Positions 10,391-21,049 of a stretch of 64,000 nucleotides of DNA are shown piece by piece. This DNA comes from Thermodesulfobacteriota bacterium (GTDB taxonomy: Bacteria; Desulfobacterota; Desulfobacteria; Desulfobacterales; C00003060): positions 1 through 64,000 of the forward strand of contig JAXHVD010000001.1 in the NCBI GenBank assembly GCA_034189385.1, given 5' to 3'. The position numbers were made by a program, and so were the translations under genes. Position 1 is the stretch's first letter, and the number at the start of each line of letters is the position of its first letter. The notes under the pieces are model-generated. The model saw only the letters and a program-made list of their open reading frames with translations, was not told where the DNA came from and searched no databases.

Positions 10391-11140
10391 CTATTCTGAG
10401 TCACGGGCCTCTTTCCTCTGGGCCTTTCCTGGAAGTTCCCAGCTCTCCATCCGCAATCGTTCCTTGGAGACTCCTATCCTCCCCAAATCCTGTTCTAGCT
10501 GATCTGTCATCGGCGGCGGTCCACATAGATACCAGAGTTTATCCTTGGGTCGGTCTACATGCCTGCGGATCATTTCCCCGTCGATCCGGCCCCGTTCCCC
10601 CTTCCAGTCGTCCGGTATCTCTTTACTCAGCGAATAAACGACAGTAATGCGCCCTTCTTGGTTAAGGCGGTCAAACTCCTCCCGATAGATAATATCCTTC
10701 GGCGATTTGTTGCTGAACAAGAGCAACATTTTGTTCCGGAGATCTTTCGCTATCACATAGCGGATAATACTGAGGCAAGGAGTGATGCCGGATCCCCCAG
10801 CCAGAAAGACCAGATCCTCCTTGATGGATTCGTCGAAATTAAGTGACTCACCTTTGGGACCTTTCAGCCGCAGTTGGGCCCCTACGGGCAGCTCGTGAAG
10901 GGCGTGGGTAATTCTTCCCATTCGCTTTGCCGCAAAGGTGATATGCTTGTCCCAGGGCAGACTAGTAAAAGTCATAGGACGCCATTCGTCTTTGAGATCC
11001 TCATCGGAGAGAATCGATACCAAGAAATATTGTCCAGGTGTGAAAGCAATAGGCTCTTGAGGTTTAAGCTCGAAGGTCTTGACGTCGTGTGTCTCAACCT
11101 TCACATGCTCAATCTTGGCTATGATTTCTTTTATGCCCAT
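10391..11140 (-). CDS. FAD/NAD(P)-binding oxidoreductase (ferredoxin-NADP reductase family)
   Basis: FTPGQY, RPMT, GPKG, LAGGSGITP, YLCGPPPM. Confidence 0.92.
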   Translation of the reverse strand: MGIKEIIAKIEHVKVETHDVKTFELKPQEPIAFTPGQYFLVSILSDEDLKDEWRPMTFTSLPWDKHITFAAKRMGRITHALHELPVGAQLRLKGPKGESLNFDESIKEDLVFLAGGSGITPCLSIIRYVIAKDLRNKMLLLFSNKSPKDIIYREEFDRLNQEGRITVVYSLSKEIPDDWKGERGRIDGEMIRRHVDRPKDKLWYLCGPPPMTDQLEQDLGRIGVSKERLRMESWELPGKAQRKEARDSE

Positions 11141-11302
11141 CCGCAATCCTCCTTTCCAGGCATCATAATACCTTCTTACGTCATTCGTCGTGAAAACACG
11201 GCATAAAGGCCGAGCATGGGGAGGGCCATAACGTCATCATGAACCCTCCCGACTGCGTTGTAAACGAAAACTTCGGCAAAGCCTAACTAAGGGCCCGCTA
11301 GC

Positions 11303-11569
11303 CTAGTTCGAGAAGCCCCATACATTCCTGAAACGTTGCTGGTCTGAAGAGGAAATGTTGCGCGAGAACTTCAGTACGATGTCATCGCCACGACGAATCC
11401 CGTATATCCTTGCCTTGGAGATGCTCTGCTGCTTGGCAATCTCTGTAAACTCTGAGAGGACTCTGCTCGAGACTCTTCCTTGATGGCTTCTGGCTTCGCC
11501 GTCTTTGATAGTAACGGTGAACTCTGGAGAGACAATAGCGCGGAATATCCTAGCCAGTGGATTGGTCAT
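11303..11569 (-). CDS. DUF3634-like small protein
   Basis: G.V....L..F...IYG...LKFS..I....QQRFRNVW pattern. Confidence 0.65.
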   Translation of the reverse strand: MTNPLARIFRAIVSPEFTVTIKDGEARSHQGRVSSRVLSEFTEIAKQQSISKARIYGIRRGDDIVLKFSRNISSSDQQRFRNVWGFSN

Positions 11570-12064
11570 GTGGTTTAACCTTGCAAGGATGCCTTTTGCT
11601 CTTGGACACCGCTAATACCACCGGTGTTTATAAGAGAAGACCTCCAGTGAGAGGCTAATCAGCACAAACCCAGAGGCGCACGTGACCGCGAAACCGGACA
11701 AACCAAGTCCCCCACGCAAGAGGATTTAGACAGGCGTCGGTGGGGTTGAGCTTGTCACATAGCATTGCCACTTGGAATGTCAACAAAAAGGGGGAAGAGC
11801 TCCGAAAAGAACTGGACTGGGCAAAGATTTGTCTTGAATATCCGAAAAATGCAGGCCCTTCAAAAGGTTGGCTTCCATGGCAAAACGTTTACTTCGGACC
11901 TTTGCGTTCGGACTTAGAACAACAACAGGTAATCCGTAACCGAACACTAAGAAAACGTGGCCTCTGCCACGGCCACCCTCCTGATCCATTTGCAGAGACA
12001 AGGGCGTCAGACCCAGTGCCGGGCAGAGGCACCACCACGTCAGAATGCTCATGAGCCTCTTCCT

Positions 12065-13219
12065 TCAATAACGGAATACTGCGGCCAACGGTGTGCCACC
12101 CGGAACTTCATCCGGTTCGACTGCATAGACAGTTCCCCCGTTAAGTAGCGTATGAATGGCAGCAAAATCCAACAAGTCTTCGTCACCCGGCTCTGCTGCT
12201 CGCTCGCGAAAGTGAACCGTGTTGCTTGACAGTTCAAAGGTCCCCCAGTATTGCAGGCCAATAGCCACAAAAAGCAATTCGACTCTTCCGCAGTAGGAGG
12301 ACTGGACGATTACCTCAATATCGCAGGAGGATCTGTCCGTGGCTGCCAGTTGCCTATAATGTGCCATAGCTTCTTCACGAGCTTTTTGAAAGTAGGGCTC
12401 CACCCCTCTCCAGGCATGGCCATGAAGTTCCTCCTCACTCAGCCCTTCAGGATTTCCTGAAATGCCTTCGTTAATCAAGTACGGATAAGTGTTGGCCTGG
12501 CCGTAAATCGGAAAAAGGAAATCAACACTTGCCAGCACCAGAGGCGCTTGTTCATCTCGCAGCACCTCATGTAGATTCCTGTCAACTTTTCGGAAGCACT
12601 GCAGAATGTTCTCCTTGTTCTCCGCAGTGCCACTGCCGTGACCATGAAAAATGGCTGCCCGTTTTGCACTTCCCCGAGGCGTTCCAGTGTGAAAATGGAC
12701 GTGCTGTTCCAAATCGCTGCGTGAGGAGACTTCCGAAAGACTCTCAGAAATCCCTTTTAGTTCAACTTCTTTCAGGCTATGGCGCGAACCCTGAAACAGC
12801 CTCACCTCCTTCTGACTCAGTGCCAACACGTAGAATCGCCCGTCTCCGCTGAGCAGGGGGAAGAGGGGCTTGATGTGGAAACGGTCGGTCACAACCACCA
12901 ATTCCTTAAAATCCGCGGGAAGGCGGTAAAAGCGGAACATATCCGCGCAAAGGAATACGGCAAGCCCATCCATCTGATATCGCCAAAACAGACTGTCTGC
13001 TTGAAGGGCCTGGGTGGGCTCCAGAAATTTTCCTACCTCTGGAAGACTAAGCCCCCTTCTCAACAAATCCTCTTCTGCCTCCCGAAGCAGGTTTTTGAAT
13101 CTAAGCTGATCCTGTAGGGTTTCTGCCGCCCCCCTGTGTGTTGGCATGAAAATGGAGACGCACGGCCCCTGACGTTCACGCATCAACTCCTGAAGGTCAC
13201 CTCGGGTAAAAGGCTTCAA
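12065..13219 (-). CDS. Bacterial archaeo-eukaryotic release factor-like protein (baeRF3/7 type)
   Basis: CVSIFMPTHR, DGLAVF, FHIKPL, FHGHG, GRVELLF, C-terminal AAVFRY; TTG start. Confidence 0.85.
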   Translation of the reverse strand: MKPFTRGDLQELMRERQGPCVSIFMPTHRGAAETLQDQLRFKNLLREAEEDLLRRGLSLPEVGKFLEPTQALQADSLFWRYQMDGLAVFLCADMFRFYRLPADFKELVVVTDRFHIKPLFPLLSGDGRFYVLALSQKEVRLFQGSRHSLKEVELKGISESLSEVSSRSDLEQHVHFHTGTPRGSAKRAAIFHGHGSGTAENKENILQCFRKVDRNLHEVLRDEQAPLVLASVDFLFPIYGQANTYPYLINEGISGNPEGLSEEELHGHAWRGVEPYFQKAREEAMAHYRQLAATDRSSCDIEVIVQSSYCGRVELLFVAIGLQYWGTFELSSNTVHFRERAAEPGDEDLLDFAAIHTLLNGGTVYAVEPDEVPGGTPLAAVFRY

Positions 13220-13270
13220 TTATTTCCCCCTGCTTGCCGGTCTCCCATCTCAAGCCAGCGTCCCATTGTG

Positions 13271-14629
13271 TCAGGATTCCCTTTTTACTTCTTCAATAAC
13301 GTCTATGATTTTGTCTCGAATGTCCGGAATCTTCTCCTCAACCCGTTCCCAGGAAGGGAGCTCCCGATTGCAGAGGTATTCACGCTTCAATCTCTCCTCC
13401 GTCTTCATAATGGCCTGCTGGAGGCCAAGGCGGTTGAGCTCTTCAAATTCAGGATTCACGGCAGTATACCTCAGGAACATCCCTGATATGTTCTGAGGCA
13501 CATCCAAGAGTTCTCCCACGTTAACGATGGCGTCGGTAATCACATCGTTCACAAAGGTCTCTTCGCGGTCACGATCATACAGTAATCCGTTGACTTTTGC
13601 ATTCTCGGCATATTTCTTTATCAAATCCTCTCCTACAGACTGATACGTCAAGGCTAGATCTCGAAAGAAGTGACTGGAAACCTCCAGGCCCTCTTCAACG
13701 ATAAGGGCATTCAAGAGTGTGGATATGATGTCCGTTGACATCTTGTGCAACCCCTTCTCCCCATCCGATGCTGATATCTTTTGGTGCTTGTGGTCAAAAT
13801 ACCCTTTGGCGAATTCAACTTGTGCAATCTGGTTAGCCTTCCGATAGGCTTCAATAAGGGTCAGGATTTCCACTCCCCAGTTAAGACTGTATTTCATACG
13901 GCTCAAGAGCTCAATGTCGATGACGACCTCTCCTGAAAGCTGATAGTTGAATAACAACAAGAAGTCGATGATGCGAAGCATCTTGTCTTCCCCTGTGTCC
14001 GTGAACTTGCGTTTTAGTGCTATGAGTATGGGGTCCACCAGCAACCGCTTTACGCGACCGAAAAAGTGCTTGCCGTCACTGCGGGCATAGTAGGCCTTGG
14101 CAAATTGGTAGTTGAAGGCCAGCACTGGGTAGAAAAGGCGGTCGAGCTGTGGACGTCTGAACGTCCGTATGTCGGCATCGAGGAGTCCGATGCATGTGGC
14201 GCTTAAGGCAATGGCAACGCCAAAGGACATAAAGACATTTCTGCCTTTTCCACGCTGGCTGAGGTCAATGCCGGAAGACTGTAACAACTCGTACAGACGC
14301 CTGAAATGTGGTCCATCATTCCATTGGATCAGCACGTTGTGTAGGCCCAGATTATCTATGATTTCCCGGAGCAAAACGACGTCTTGTTCTACAGCGGCAT
14401 CAAGGCCCAGGATGATATTGCTGAGATAGGTGGCTCCCGCCAGTTCCTGCAAAATGTTTTCGAAAACCGGTCGGTTCTCGGAATCAGTGAATTCTGAAGC
14501 CAAAGCCGGAATGATGAGGACCGGCTTTTTCCAATGGGCAAGGCGAGTCAACTTTTCCAAGATGCCTGCCTCGTCTCCCAGTTGGTAAATGTTTGTTATC
14601 CTAGTGCTTTTCTGTGAATATTCGGACAT
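13271..14629 (-). CDS. Glucosyl-3-phosphoglycerate synthase-like glycosyltransferase (GT-A)
   Basis: IIPALASE, GKGRNV, DADI (DxD), KAYYAR, GRVKRLL, LSGE, WGVEI, FDHKHQ. Confidence 0.8.
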   Translation of the reverse strand: MSEYSQKSTRITNIYQLGDEAGILEKLTRLAHWKKPVLIIPALASEFTDSENRPVFENILQELAGATYLSNIILGLDAAVEQDVVLLREIIDNLGLHNVLIQWNDGPHFRRLYELLQSSGIDLSQRGKGRNVFMSFGVAIALSATCIGLLDADIRTFRRPQLDRLFYPVLAFNYQFAKAYYARSDGKHFFGRVKRLLVDPILIALKRKFTDTGEDKMLRIIDFLLLFNYQLSGEVVIDIELLSRMKYSLNWGVEILTLIEAYRKANQIAQVEFAKGYFDHKHQKISASDGEKGLHKMSTDIISTLLNALIVEEGLEVSSHFFRDLALTYQSVGEDLIKKYAENAKVNGLLYDRDREETFVNDVITDAIVNVGELLDVPQNISGMFLRYTAVNPEFEELNRLGLQQAIMKTEERLKREYLCNRELPSWERVEEKIPDIRDKIIDVIEEVKRES

Positions 14630-14835
14630 GATCTTCTTCCTGTTCCAGGGGATCGGTCTTCCGTGTTCGTTTGAGCCTTGACCCGACTGCCCGAGCCTTA
14701 GAGAAGAATCAGGCTCGTGCCGAGCCAAGATAAACCCATTTCAATTCAATTCTCCCTTAACATGGCCTCCTTTTGAACACATATACCCTGTGTCCTTCTC
14801 GAAAGAACCTGCCTCAGAGATCGAATTCCATATGG

Positions 14836-15024
14836 CTAATCCTCATATTGCTCTTCAATCTCATATTCCCTTGTCTGTTCCACAATCTGAAAGTCGAACT
14901 CGATCAATTCGTCCTCATCAAAATGAGATGCGATCACGTCTTCCAACTTGGCGGTCCTTTCCTCTACATAGTCAAGCGATTCTGCCTGGACCCCTATCTC
15001 TATTCTCACCGAGCACATCAACAT
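14836..15024 (-). CDS. Small acidic hypothetical protein
   Basis: AAGGAG RBS, ATG 15024, 62 aa. Confidence 0.5.
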   Translation of the reverse strand: MLMCSVRIEIGVQAESLDYVEERTAKLEDVIASHFDEDELIEFDFQIVEQTREYEIEEQYED

Positions 15025-15395
15025 ATGTAGGCACTCCTTCTGCATCCGCCTGAAAGGATATCTGCTACTAGCTGCTTGAGCCCGTCCATGTCCGGTCCTT
15101 ACACGAAATACCCATCGGGCTTGGATAGCCAGTCATCATTGGCCATATGCGATGGGGCTGTGACAACGAAGGCAATGTCAGCATCGTCTCTCCTAAGCTT
15201 TTCCAACAGCTCAAAACTCTCTTTTCCGTTCATATCGGGATTCACAAATACCATTGCCGGTTGACGCAAATTCAGCAGGGCTTTGGCAAGCTCTCCTTCC
15301 CCTGCAGTAGTCACCTCATATCCGGCATTGGACATCTCCTCTACCAGCAGTGGCCGATGGCTTTGCTCTTCATCCACCACTACAATGCTAGTCAT
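15018..15395 (-). pseudogene. Atypical receiver-domain protein with nonsense codon
   Basis: IVVVDEE, VFVNPDM (Asp->Asn); TAA at 15099-15101 at the conserved Lys position; frame continues GPDMDGLKQLVADIL. Confidence 0.65.
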
Positions 15396-15557
15396 TGTTT
15401 TTTCCCCGCTTCTTCTCATGAGGCAGAATACACATGAAGTGGACCATTATCGAAAGATCTCTTCAAAAAGGTCCTGCGTCAACTGGCCAGCACCTGGGTG
15501 GGTCCTTAACCCGTTTTCAGAGCGCCCGAGAAACAGGGCAGTTACAACGACATCTCT

Positions 15558-15573
15558 AACAAGGAATGTGCCA
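15558..15573 (-). promoter_or_regulatory. Sigma-54-like promoter (TTGT -12 variant)
   Basis: TGGCACATTCCTTGTT; TGTCCG/CGGACA half-sites at 15661-15719. Confidence 0.55.
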
Positions 15574-15879
15574 ACCAGGTAGTATTTGAGGTTATGGCCT
15601 TGTGTTCCAACATCTTAGAGCATCATGGTTAACATTGCCGTAAAAGGGAGAGTGCCTTGTTGTCCGTTCTGCCCCGACAAATTCCGAAAGAATCGGACAG
15701 AATCCGGCTAAAGCGGACAGATTCTATTCCTAAAGTGCGGTCAACAAGCGTAAAAAAGCTCACCGCTTTAATTCAGCGGTTGCAGTGTGCCCTGTGTGGG
15801 TTTGCCAGCGAACTCAGGGACAGCTGGTCTCGTTACCGCCTATCCACGAATCACTCTTGGACTGATAGGCAAGCGCGTA

Positions 15880-16027
15880 AGTGTCCAATTCAGAAATGAG
15901 CGGTTTTTTGATGAGCAAGGCGGCATAAGGGTTTGCGGAAAGGCGTACATGGGGTAGTACGTCGCAGCTGAGAACCTGCGGACAACACCGCTCATCGATA
16001 AAAGTGCCGTTTATGGATGTGCACTAG
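15880..16027. mobile_element. MITE-like interspersed element
   Basis: Imperfect terminal IRs AGTGTCCAATTCAGAAA / TTTATGGATGTGCACT, internal GGCGTAC...GTACGTC; overlaps ATPase stop codon. Confidence 0.55.
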
Positions 16028-17091
16028 TTGATTCGCTGACCTTCGTGAAAGATGTGCAGTTTTCTGGTGTCAATAGGGATGGTTACGATATCGCCAGCAC
16101 AGAACGTGGCGTTTTTGGGGGCCCTGAGCGTTACCGGAGCCTTTCCAATCCTTGCGTGGATGTATTGGTCTGCTCCCACATTGCTCATCATTGCTATTTC
16201 AGCTTTCAGATCTGCTTTTTCTTCTTTACCACATTCGATATCTTCAGGGCGGATACCCAGTTCCACCTCATGCCCGTCCATGTCTAGAGAAAGGCTTCCC
16301 ATATGAAGAGAAAAATCCGGATGAAGGAATCTGAAGCGCTTTCCTTCTTTGACACACTTTCCCTTAAAGAGATTCATAACAGGGGAGCCCACAAAAGTAG
16401 CCACGAAGGTATCTGCCGGCCGGTTGTAGATGCTCTCCGGATCTCCAACCTGGCGCATTTGCCCTTCTTTCAGGACCACCACCTGGTCGCCCAGCGTCAT
16501 GGCTTCCACCTGGTCGTGTGTGACATATAAAATCGTTGTTCGAATCTGCCTGTGCAGCTGTTTTAGTTCCAGACGGACATTGAGTCGCAGCTGGGCATCC
16601 AGGTTGCTCAGAGGCTCGTCCAGCAGAAAGAGCCTGGGCCGACGCACCAGGGCCCTTCCCATGGCCACCCGTTGGCGCTGGCCCCCTGAGACTTGGCCTG
16701 GTTTGCGGTCCAAGAGGTGTTCAATGCCAAGGAGTTGTGCTGCCTCAAGGACCTTATCCCTAATCTCACCTTTGGGAAATCGTCGCATGCGAAGGCCGAA
16801 ACCAAGATTTTCCGACACCGTCATGTGAGGATACAAGGCATAGCTCTGAAAGACCATGGCCACGTCCCTTTCGCGCGGTGACAGGTGATCTACGTCCTCT
16901 TGATCTAGAAGGACCGATCCTTGGTCCTGTCTTTCTAGGCCAGCTATGATTTGAAGCAAGGTGCTCTTGCCGCATCCAGAAGGACCGAGTAAAACACAAA
17001 ACTGCCCATCCGGCACATGGAGATCCACCGCAGACAAGGCGTCGATGTCTCCAAATCGCTTGCTAATCTCCTTTAAGGTCAACGACGCCAT
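16024..17091 (-). CDS. Sugar ABC transporter ATP-binding subunit (MalK/UgpC family)
   Basis: GPSGCGKST, VFQSYALYPHM, SGGQRQR, LLDEPLSNLD, TOBE tail. Confidence 0.96.
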   Translation of the reverse strand: MASLTLKEISKRFGDIDALSAVDLHVPDGQFCVLLGPSGCGKSTLLQIIAGLERQDQGSVLLDQEDVDHLSPRERDVAMVFQSYALYPHMTVSENLGFGLRMRRFPKGEIRDKVLEAAQLLGIEHLLDRKPGQVSGGQRQRVAMGRALVRRPRLFLLDEPLSNLDAQLRLNVRLELKQLHRQIRTTILYVTHDQVEAMTLGDQVVVLKEGQMRQVGDPESIYNRPADTFVATFVGSPVMNLFKGKCVKEGKRFRFLHPDFSLHMGSLSLDMDGHEVELGIRPEDIECGKEEKADLKAEIAMMSNVGADQYIHARIGKAPVTLRAPKNATFCAGDIVTIPIDTRKLHIFHEGQRIN

Positions 17092-17095
17092 ATCA

Positions 17096-17923
17096 TCATC
17101 CCTTGATGGCCCCTGCAGACAGGCCGCTTACGATACGCCGCTGGAACAAGAGAACCATAACGACCAGAGGCGCTGTGGTCATAAGCGAAGCCGCGGCAAT
17201 CTCTCCCCACGGCACGGTATGCTCTCCTTGAAAAAGGGCAATGCCAACAGGCATGGTCTGCCTCACAGGGTCCGTCACAATGAGAAGGGCAAGAAAAAAC
17301 TCATTCCACGCATAGATAAAGGTTAGGATGGCCGCTGTAAAAAGGCCCGGGGCTGAAAGAGGCACAATGACCCGTACCAGGGCCTGGAGCCTGGTGCAGC
17401 CATCTACTAGGGCGGCAGCCTCAAGCTCTTCTGGCATTTCTCTAAAGAAAAGAGCCAAGATCCAAATAGCCAGAGGGAGCGTGAGAGCCACGTACGGAAG
17501 TATCAACCCCTGGTAAGTGTTGAGCCAGCCCAAGTGGCGAAGGAATCGCCAAACGGGTCCTACAATGGCGATCTGGGGAAACATGGCACAGGCCAGAATC
17601 ACCATCAGGGTAAGATGAGACCACCGTCTAGGCAGTCTTGCCAGGCCATAACCAGCCAGGGCACTTAAGAAGACCGTGACCACCGTGGTGCTCCCTGCCA
17701 CAATGACGGAATTGACCAAGTATTTCAAGATATCGTATCGGACAATGGCAGAGCGAAAAAAGGCCAGAGAAAAGGAGGGCCATATCTGAGGGGGAATGGC
17801 TGTCACTTCTGTCTGGGTCTTGAAGGCCGACGATACAAAGAGCAGGAAAGGGATCAATGAGAAGCTTGCGGCCCCCAGAACCCCCATGCCAAAACCCAGC
17901 TTCTTCAACCGGCAAACGTTCAC
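17096..17923 (-). CDS. Sugar ABC transporter permease (MalG-like)
   Basis: EAAA.VDG loop, WNEF; GTG 17923 overlaps upstream stop. Confidence 0.93.
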   Translation of the reverse strand: MNVCRLKKLGFGMGVLGAASFSLIPFLLFVSSAFKTQTEVTAIPPQIWPSFSLAFFRSAIVRYDILKYLVNSVIVAGSTTVVTVFLSALAGYGLARLPRRWSHLTLMVILACAMFPQIAIVGPVWRFLRHLGWLNTYQGLILPYVALTLPLAIWILALFFREMPEELEAAALVDGCTRLQALVRVIVPLSAPGLFTAAILTFIYAWNEFFLALLIVTDPVRQTMPVGIALFQGEHTVPWGEIAAASLMTTAPLVVMVLLFQRRIVSGLSAGAIKG

Positions 17924-18807
17924 AGGCTTTTCTCCAGAAGACGCCTTCCCACTATACGGACATAGACGATGGCAAGAATCAAGATCATGACAAAGACACT
18001 CACCGATATGGCCGAACCGTAACCCATCCATCCTTCTATGAACATCTTCTTGTATCCGTAAAGCTGAAGCACATTGGTGGCGTCTGCGGGTCCGCCCTGG
18101 GTCATGACAAAGGCGAGATCAAAGACCCGGAAGGCGTCGATGGTTCGAAAGAGCAAGGCCACAAGCAGCGCCGGCCGAACAAGAGGCCACGTGATGTGCC
18201 AAAACCGCCGCCATAGGCCCGCCCCATCCACTCTGGCCGCCTGATACAGTTCCTCCGGGATGATTTGAAGGCCGGCCAATATCAACAATGCCGCAAAGGA
18301 CGACGTTTTCCAGATATCTGCCAAAATAACAGCACAAAGGGCCATGCCGGGTTCAGCCAGCCAAGGCACATAGGCGGTCACCCGGTGACCGAATATGGCA
18401 TAGTTGATCATACCGTAAGCGTCGTTAAAGAGGAATCGCCACATCTGGGCGGAAACCACTGTAGGAATGGCCCAAGGGATGAGCACACAGGCACGAAGGC
18501 CCCCCCGGCCAGGGAAACGACGGTGAATCAAGAGGGCCAAAAGGAGGCCTAGCGCCAGCTCAAAGAAAGTCGTGGTGGAGACAAAGACGATGGTCACCCA
18601 AAAGGAATGTCTGGCCACGGCATCGTGAAGGAGCTCTTGATAGTTGGCCAGCCCAACAAAGGGCGTCTGAAGCTGCGGCAGGCTGATGACGATCCGGTGG
18701 AGGCTCAAAGAGACCGATTGGATGACAGGAGCGCCAATGAAGACAACCAGCACCAGGAGTGCCGGAGAGATGAGTACGAGGGAGAGTCTGTGTTGTTTGG
18801 CAATCAA
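17920..18807 (-). CDS. Sugar ABC transporter permease (MalF-like)
   Basis: LIPWAIP, LAGLQ.IP.ELYQAARVDGA, FRVFD...TQGGP. Confidence 0.95.
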   Translation of the reverse strand: MIAKQHRLSLVLISPALLVLVVFIGAPVIQSVSLSLHRIVISLPQLQTPFVGLANYQELLHDAVARHSFWVTIVFVSTTTFFELALGLLLALLIHRRFPGRGGLRACVLIPWAIPTVVSAQMWRFLFNDAYGMINYAIFGHRVTAYVPWLAEPGMALCAVILADIWKTSSFAALLILAGLQIIPEELYQAARVDGAGLWRRFWHITWPLVRPALLVALLFRTIDAFRVFDLAFVMTQGGPADATNVLQLYGYKKMFIEGWMGYGSAISVSVFVMILILAIVYVRIVGRRLLEKSL

Positions 18808-20102
18808 GGCCGCGTTAACGCCTCCATCTGCAACACCCTGGCTATGTTGGCTGAGGCCCTTTCAGCCAGGGCCGGCACGTCCGATTTCTTGTTTGTAATC
18901 GCCCGGCTGAAAAAGCGCTGCAACTCCTGGCTGATCATGGGGTACAAAGAAGACATGGGCCGAGGCCTTGCCTTTTCAAAGGCGGGGAGAAAGGCTTTCA
19001 AGTGGGGCACTTTCTCCTGAAATTCAGGGTCTTCATACACGGCCATGCGGGTGGGGGCCCGACCGGCCAGAAAGGCGATCATCTTTTGGCTTTCTGTTGA
19101 TGTCATGAATTGAACGAATTGCCACGCTTCGTCCAGGTGTTTGGACCACCTGCTTATCGCAAACTGCCATCCTCCAAGAGCAGAGGCCGAACTGTGGCCG
19201 ACAAAGGCGGGAAGCAGCCCAACGCCCACTTTGCCTGCCACCTTGGATTTGTCGGGATCATTTGCCACGGTCCATGCATAGGGCCAGTTTCTAAGGAAGA
19301 CGGCCCGGCCCTGGATAAAGAGCTCCAGGGATTCCGGCTCCTCATAGTTGACCACCCCTTTGGGCGCGGCCTGTCCGATGATGTGATCCCGGACGAAAGT
19401 AATGGCCTCGATGGACGTCGGGTCCGTGAGAAGGACGCGGTCGGCTGCCGGATTTAAGACCGTGCCGCCTCGGGACCAGATGAACTCCAGCATGTCGCAG
19501 ACCAGGCCTTCATATTGCTTGAACTGACCTGAGTAGACGTAGAGGGAGGGATCAGCCTCTCCTTTTAGAATAACGTCGCCCTGGGTAAGCATCTCCATCC
19601 AAGACCTGGGGGGATCAAATCCGTATTTTTTGAGCAAGTCCTTGCGGTAGTAAAAGAGCCCGGCATCAATAAAAGAAGGGATCCCATAGATTTTGCCGTG
19701 ATAGGTGTTCGCAGCAATGGGTGCGGTAAGAAATTGCCTTTGTTCTTCTTTAGAGAATCTGGGCGTCAGATCGAGTGCCCAGCCGGCACTGGCAAATTCC
19801 GGGGGCCAAATCACGTCCATGAAAAAGACATCCACGGACGCATCCTTGTTTTTCAGGCGCTGGGTCACGATGGCATGATATTCGGTGGATGAATGAGGCC
19901 CGACCTGCACCTGGACCCGAATTTTCGGGTGCTCTTGATGAAAACGTTCAATGAGCCGGTCCCAGACCTCTGGTTGGTTGGGTTTCCAGGTAAGGAAGGT
20001 GACGGCCTTTGGCTGCTGGGCCCCAAGCTGAGAAGCTCCGATAAAGATCAAGCCAAGGCTCAGCAGTAAAAAGACCTTTCGCTTGACGGGTTCTATGTTC
20101 AT
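18804..20102 (-). CDS. Sugar ABC transporter substrate-binding protein (trehalose/maltose-binding-like)
   Basis: Signal peptide; DVIWPPEFA, YYRKDLL, YEGLVC, RNWPYAW, LGGW. Confidence 0.93.
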   Translation of the reverse strand: MNIEPVKRKVFLLLSLGLIFIGASQLGAQQPKAVTFLTWKPNQPEVWDRLIERFHQEHPKIRVQVQVGPHSSTEYHAIVTQRLKNKDASVDVFFMDVIWPPEFASAGWALDLTPRFSKEEQRQFLTAPIAANTYHGKIYGIPSFIDAGLFYYRKDLLKKYGFDPPRSWMEMLTQGDVILKGEADPSLYVYSGQFKQYEGLVCDMLEFIWSRGGTVLNPAADRVLLTDPTSIEAITFVRDHIIGQAAPKGVVNYEEPESLELFIQGRAVFLRNWPYAWTVANDPDKSKVAGKVGVGLLPAFVGHSSASALGGWQFAISRWSKHLDEAWQFVQFMTSTESQKMIAFLAGRAPTRMAVYEDPEFQEKVPHLKAFLPAFEKARPRPMSSLYPMISQELQRFFSRAITNKKSDVPALAERASANIARVLQMEALTRP

Positions 20103-20977
20103 GCCACTCTTTTCGTCTCGCCTTTCCTGACCGCTGCCAATTGGCATTCTTTAATTTGGCTCTCTGTGACAATGGACTCGGCCCTGTGACGGTTTACAAT
20201 CTCGCGATAGAGAAGGGGGCGCCGGTACGGATAAAGCTTTTCCTCCTCGCGCCATCTGTCCACTTCTTTCAGATCGATCTCCGTTTCGATAATAGTCTCT
20301 TTCCTGCCCCCCTTGCATATGGTGTTCCCCTTGGGGTCAAATATGGCGCTGTACCCTGAAAAGAACGGACCTGGTCTGTTGGCATAAATGATATGAGTCT
20401 GATTAAAAATAGCGGCTCCGGAGAAGCGTCGCCACATGTAGTCTTTGGAAAAGGTCTTAGGAACTGCAGATATATTTACTATGACATCAGCGCCTTTTAG
20501 GGCAAGAACCCGCCAGACTTCAGAGAACGCAGCATCGAAACAAATCGTGATGCCGATCTTTCCCCAAGGCGAATCAAAGACCTTCAGTTTGCGGCCGGGC
20601 ATAAAGTTTTCGGTCCAATGGACATGGGTTTTTGTGTAGCGATCTACGGTATCGCCGTCTACATATGTGGCCACATTGTAGTATCGTTCCCCTCGCCGCC
20701 TTGACTCGCCAATAATGACTCTTGCCCCATTGTCTTTCACAACCTGATAAAGGTCTTGTGAAATAGACTTGTAAACCGTCTTCATCCTTCTGTGCAGAAA
20801 CCCCTCAGGCTTTTCAATGGAAGGATGTCCGTGAAGAATCAACTCCGGGAAGACAATGAGATCAGCTGTCCTATGCTCTTTGACAATGGACTCAATCTTT
20901 GCCAGATGTCTTAGAATATTCTCGCTGTTGAAATTTATCTGTGCTACGCACACCCTCTTTCTTGAACGCTCCGACAC
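20099..20977 (-). CDS. Carbon-nitrogen hydrolase (nitrilase superfamily)
   Basis: E-K-C triad: FPEL, YTKTH, ICFD. Confidence 0.93.
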   Translation of the reverse strand: MSERSRKRVCVAQINFNSENILRHLAKIESIVKEHRTADLIVFPELILHGHPSIEKPEGFLHRRMKTVYKSISQDLYQVVKDNGARVIIGESRRRGERYYNVATYVDGDTVDRYTKTHVHWTENFMPGRKLKVFDSPWGKIGITICFDAAFSEVWRVLALKGADVIVNISAVPKTFSKDYMWRRFSGAAIFNQTHIIYANRPGPFFSGYSAIFDPKGNTICKGGRKETIIETEIDLKEVDRWREEEKLYPYRRPLLYREIVNRHRAESIVTESQIKECQLAAVRKGETKRVA

Positions 20978-21049
20978 CCTTAGTCCCCTTTTCGCTTGGC
21001 ATTCACAAAAGACATCTGCCACAGAGCCATTCAGCACCCAGTCAGGGGT

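Noticed and set aside
11224..11300. attC-like remnants next to DUF3634 gene (also GTCTAAC at ~27533)
   Set aside because: GTTRRRY/RYYYAAC boxes do not pair into a complete attC hairpin; no integrase.
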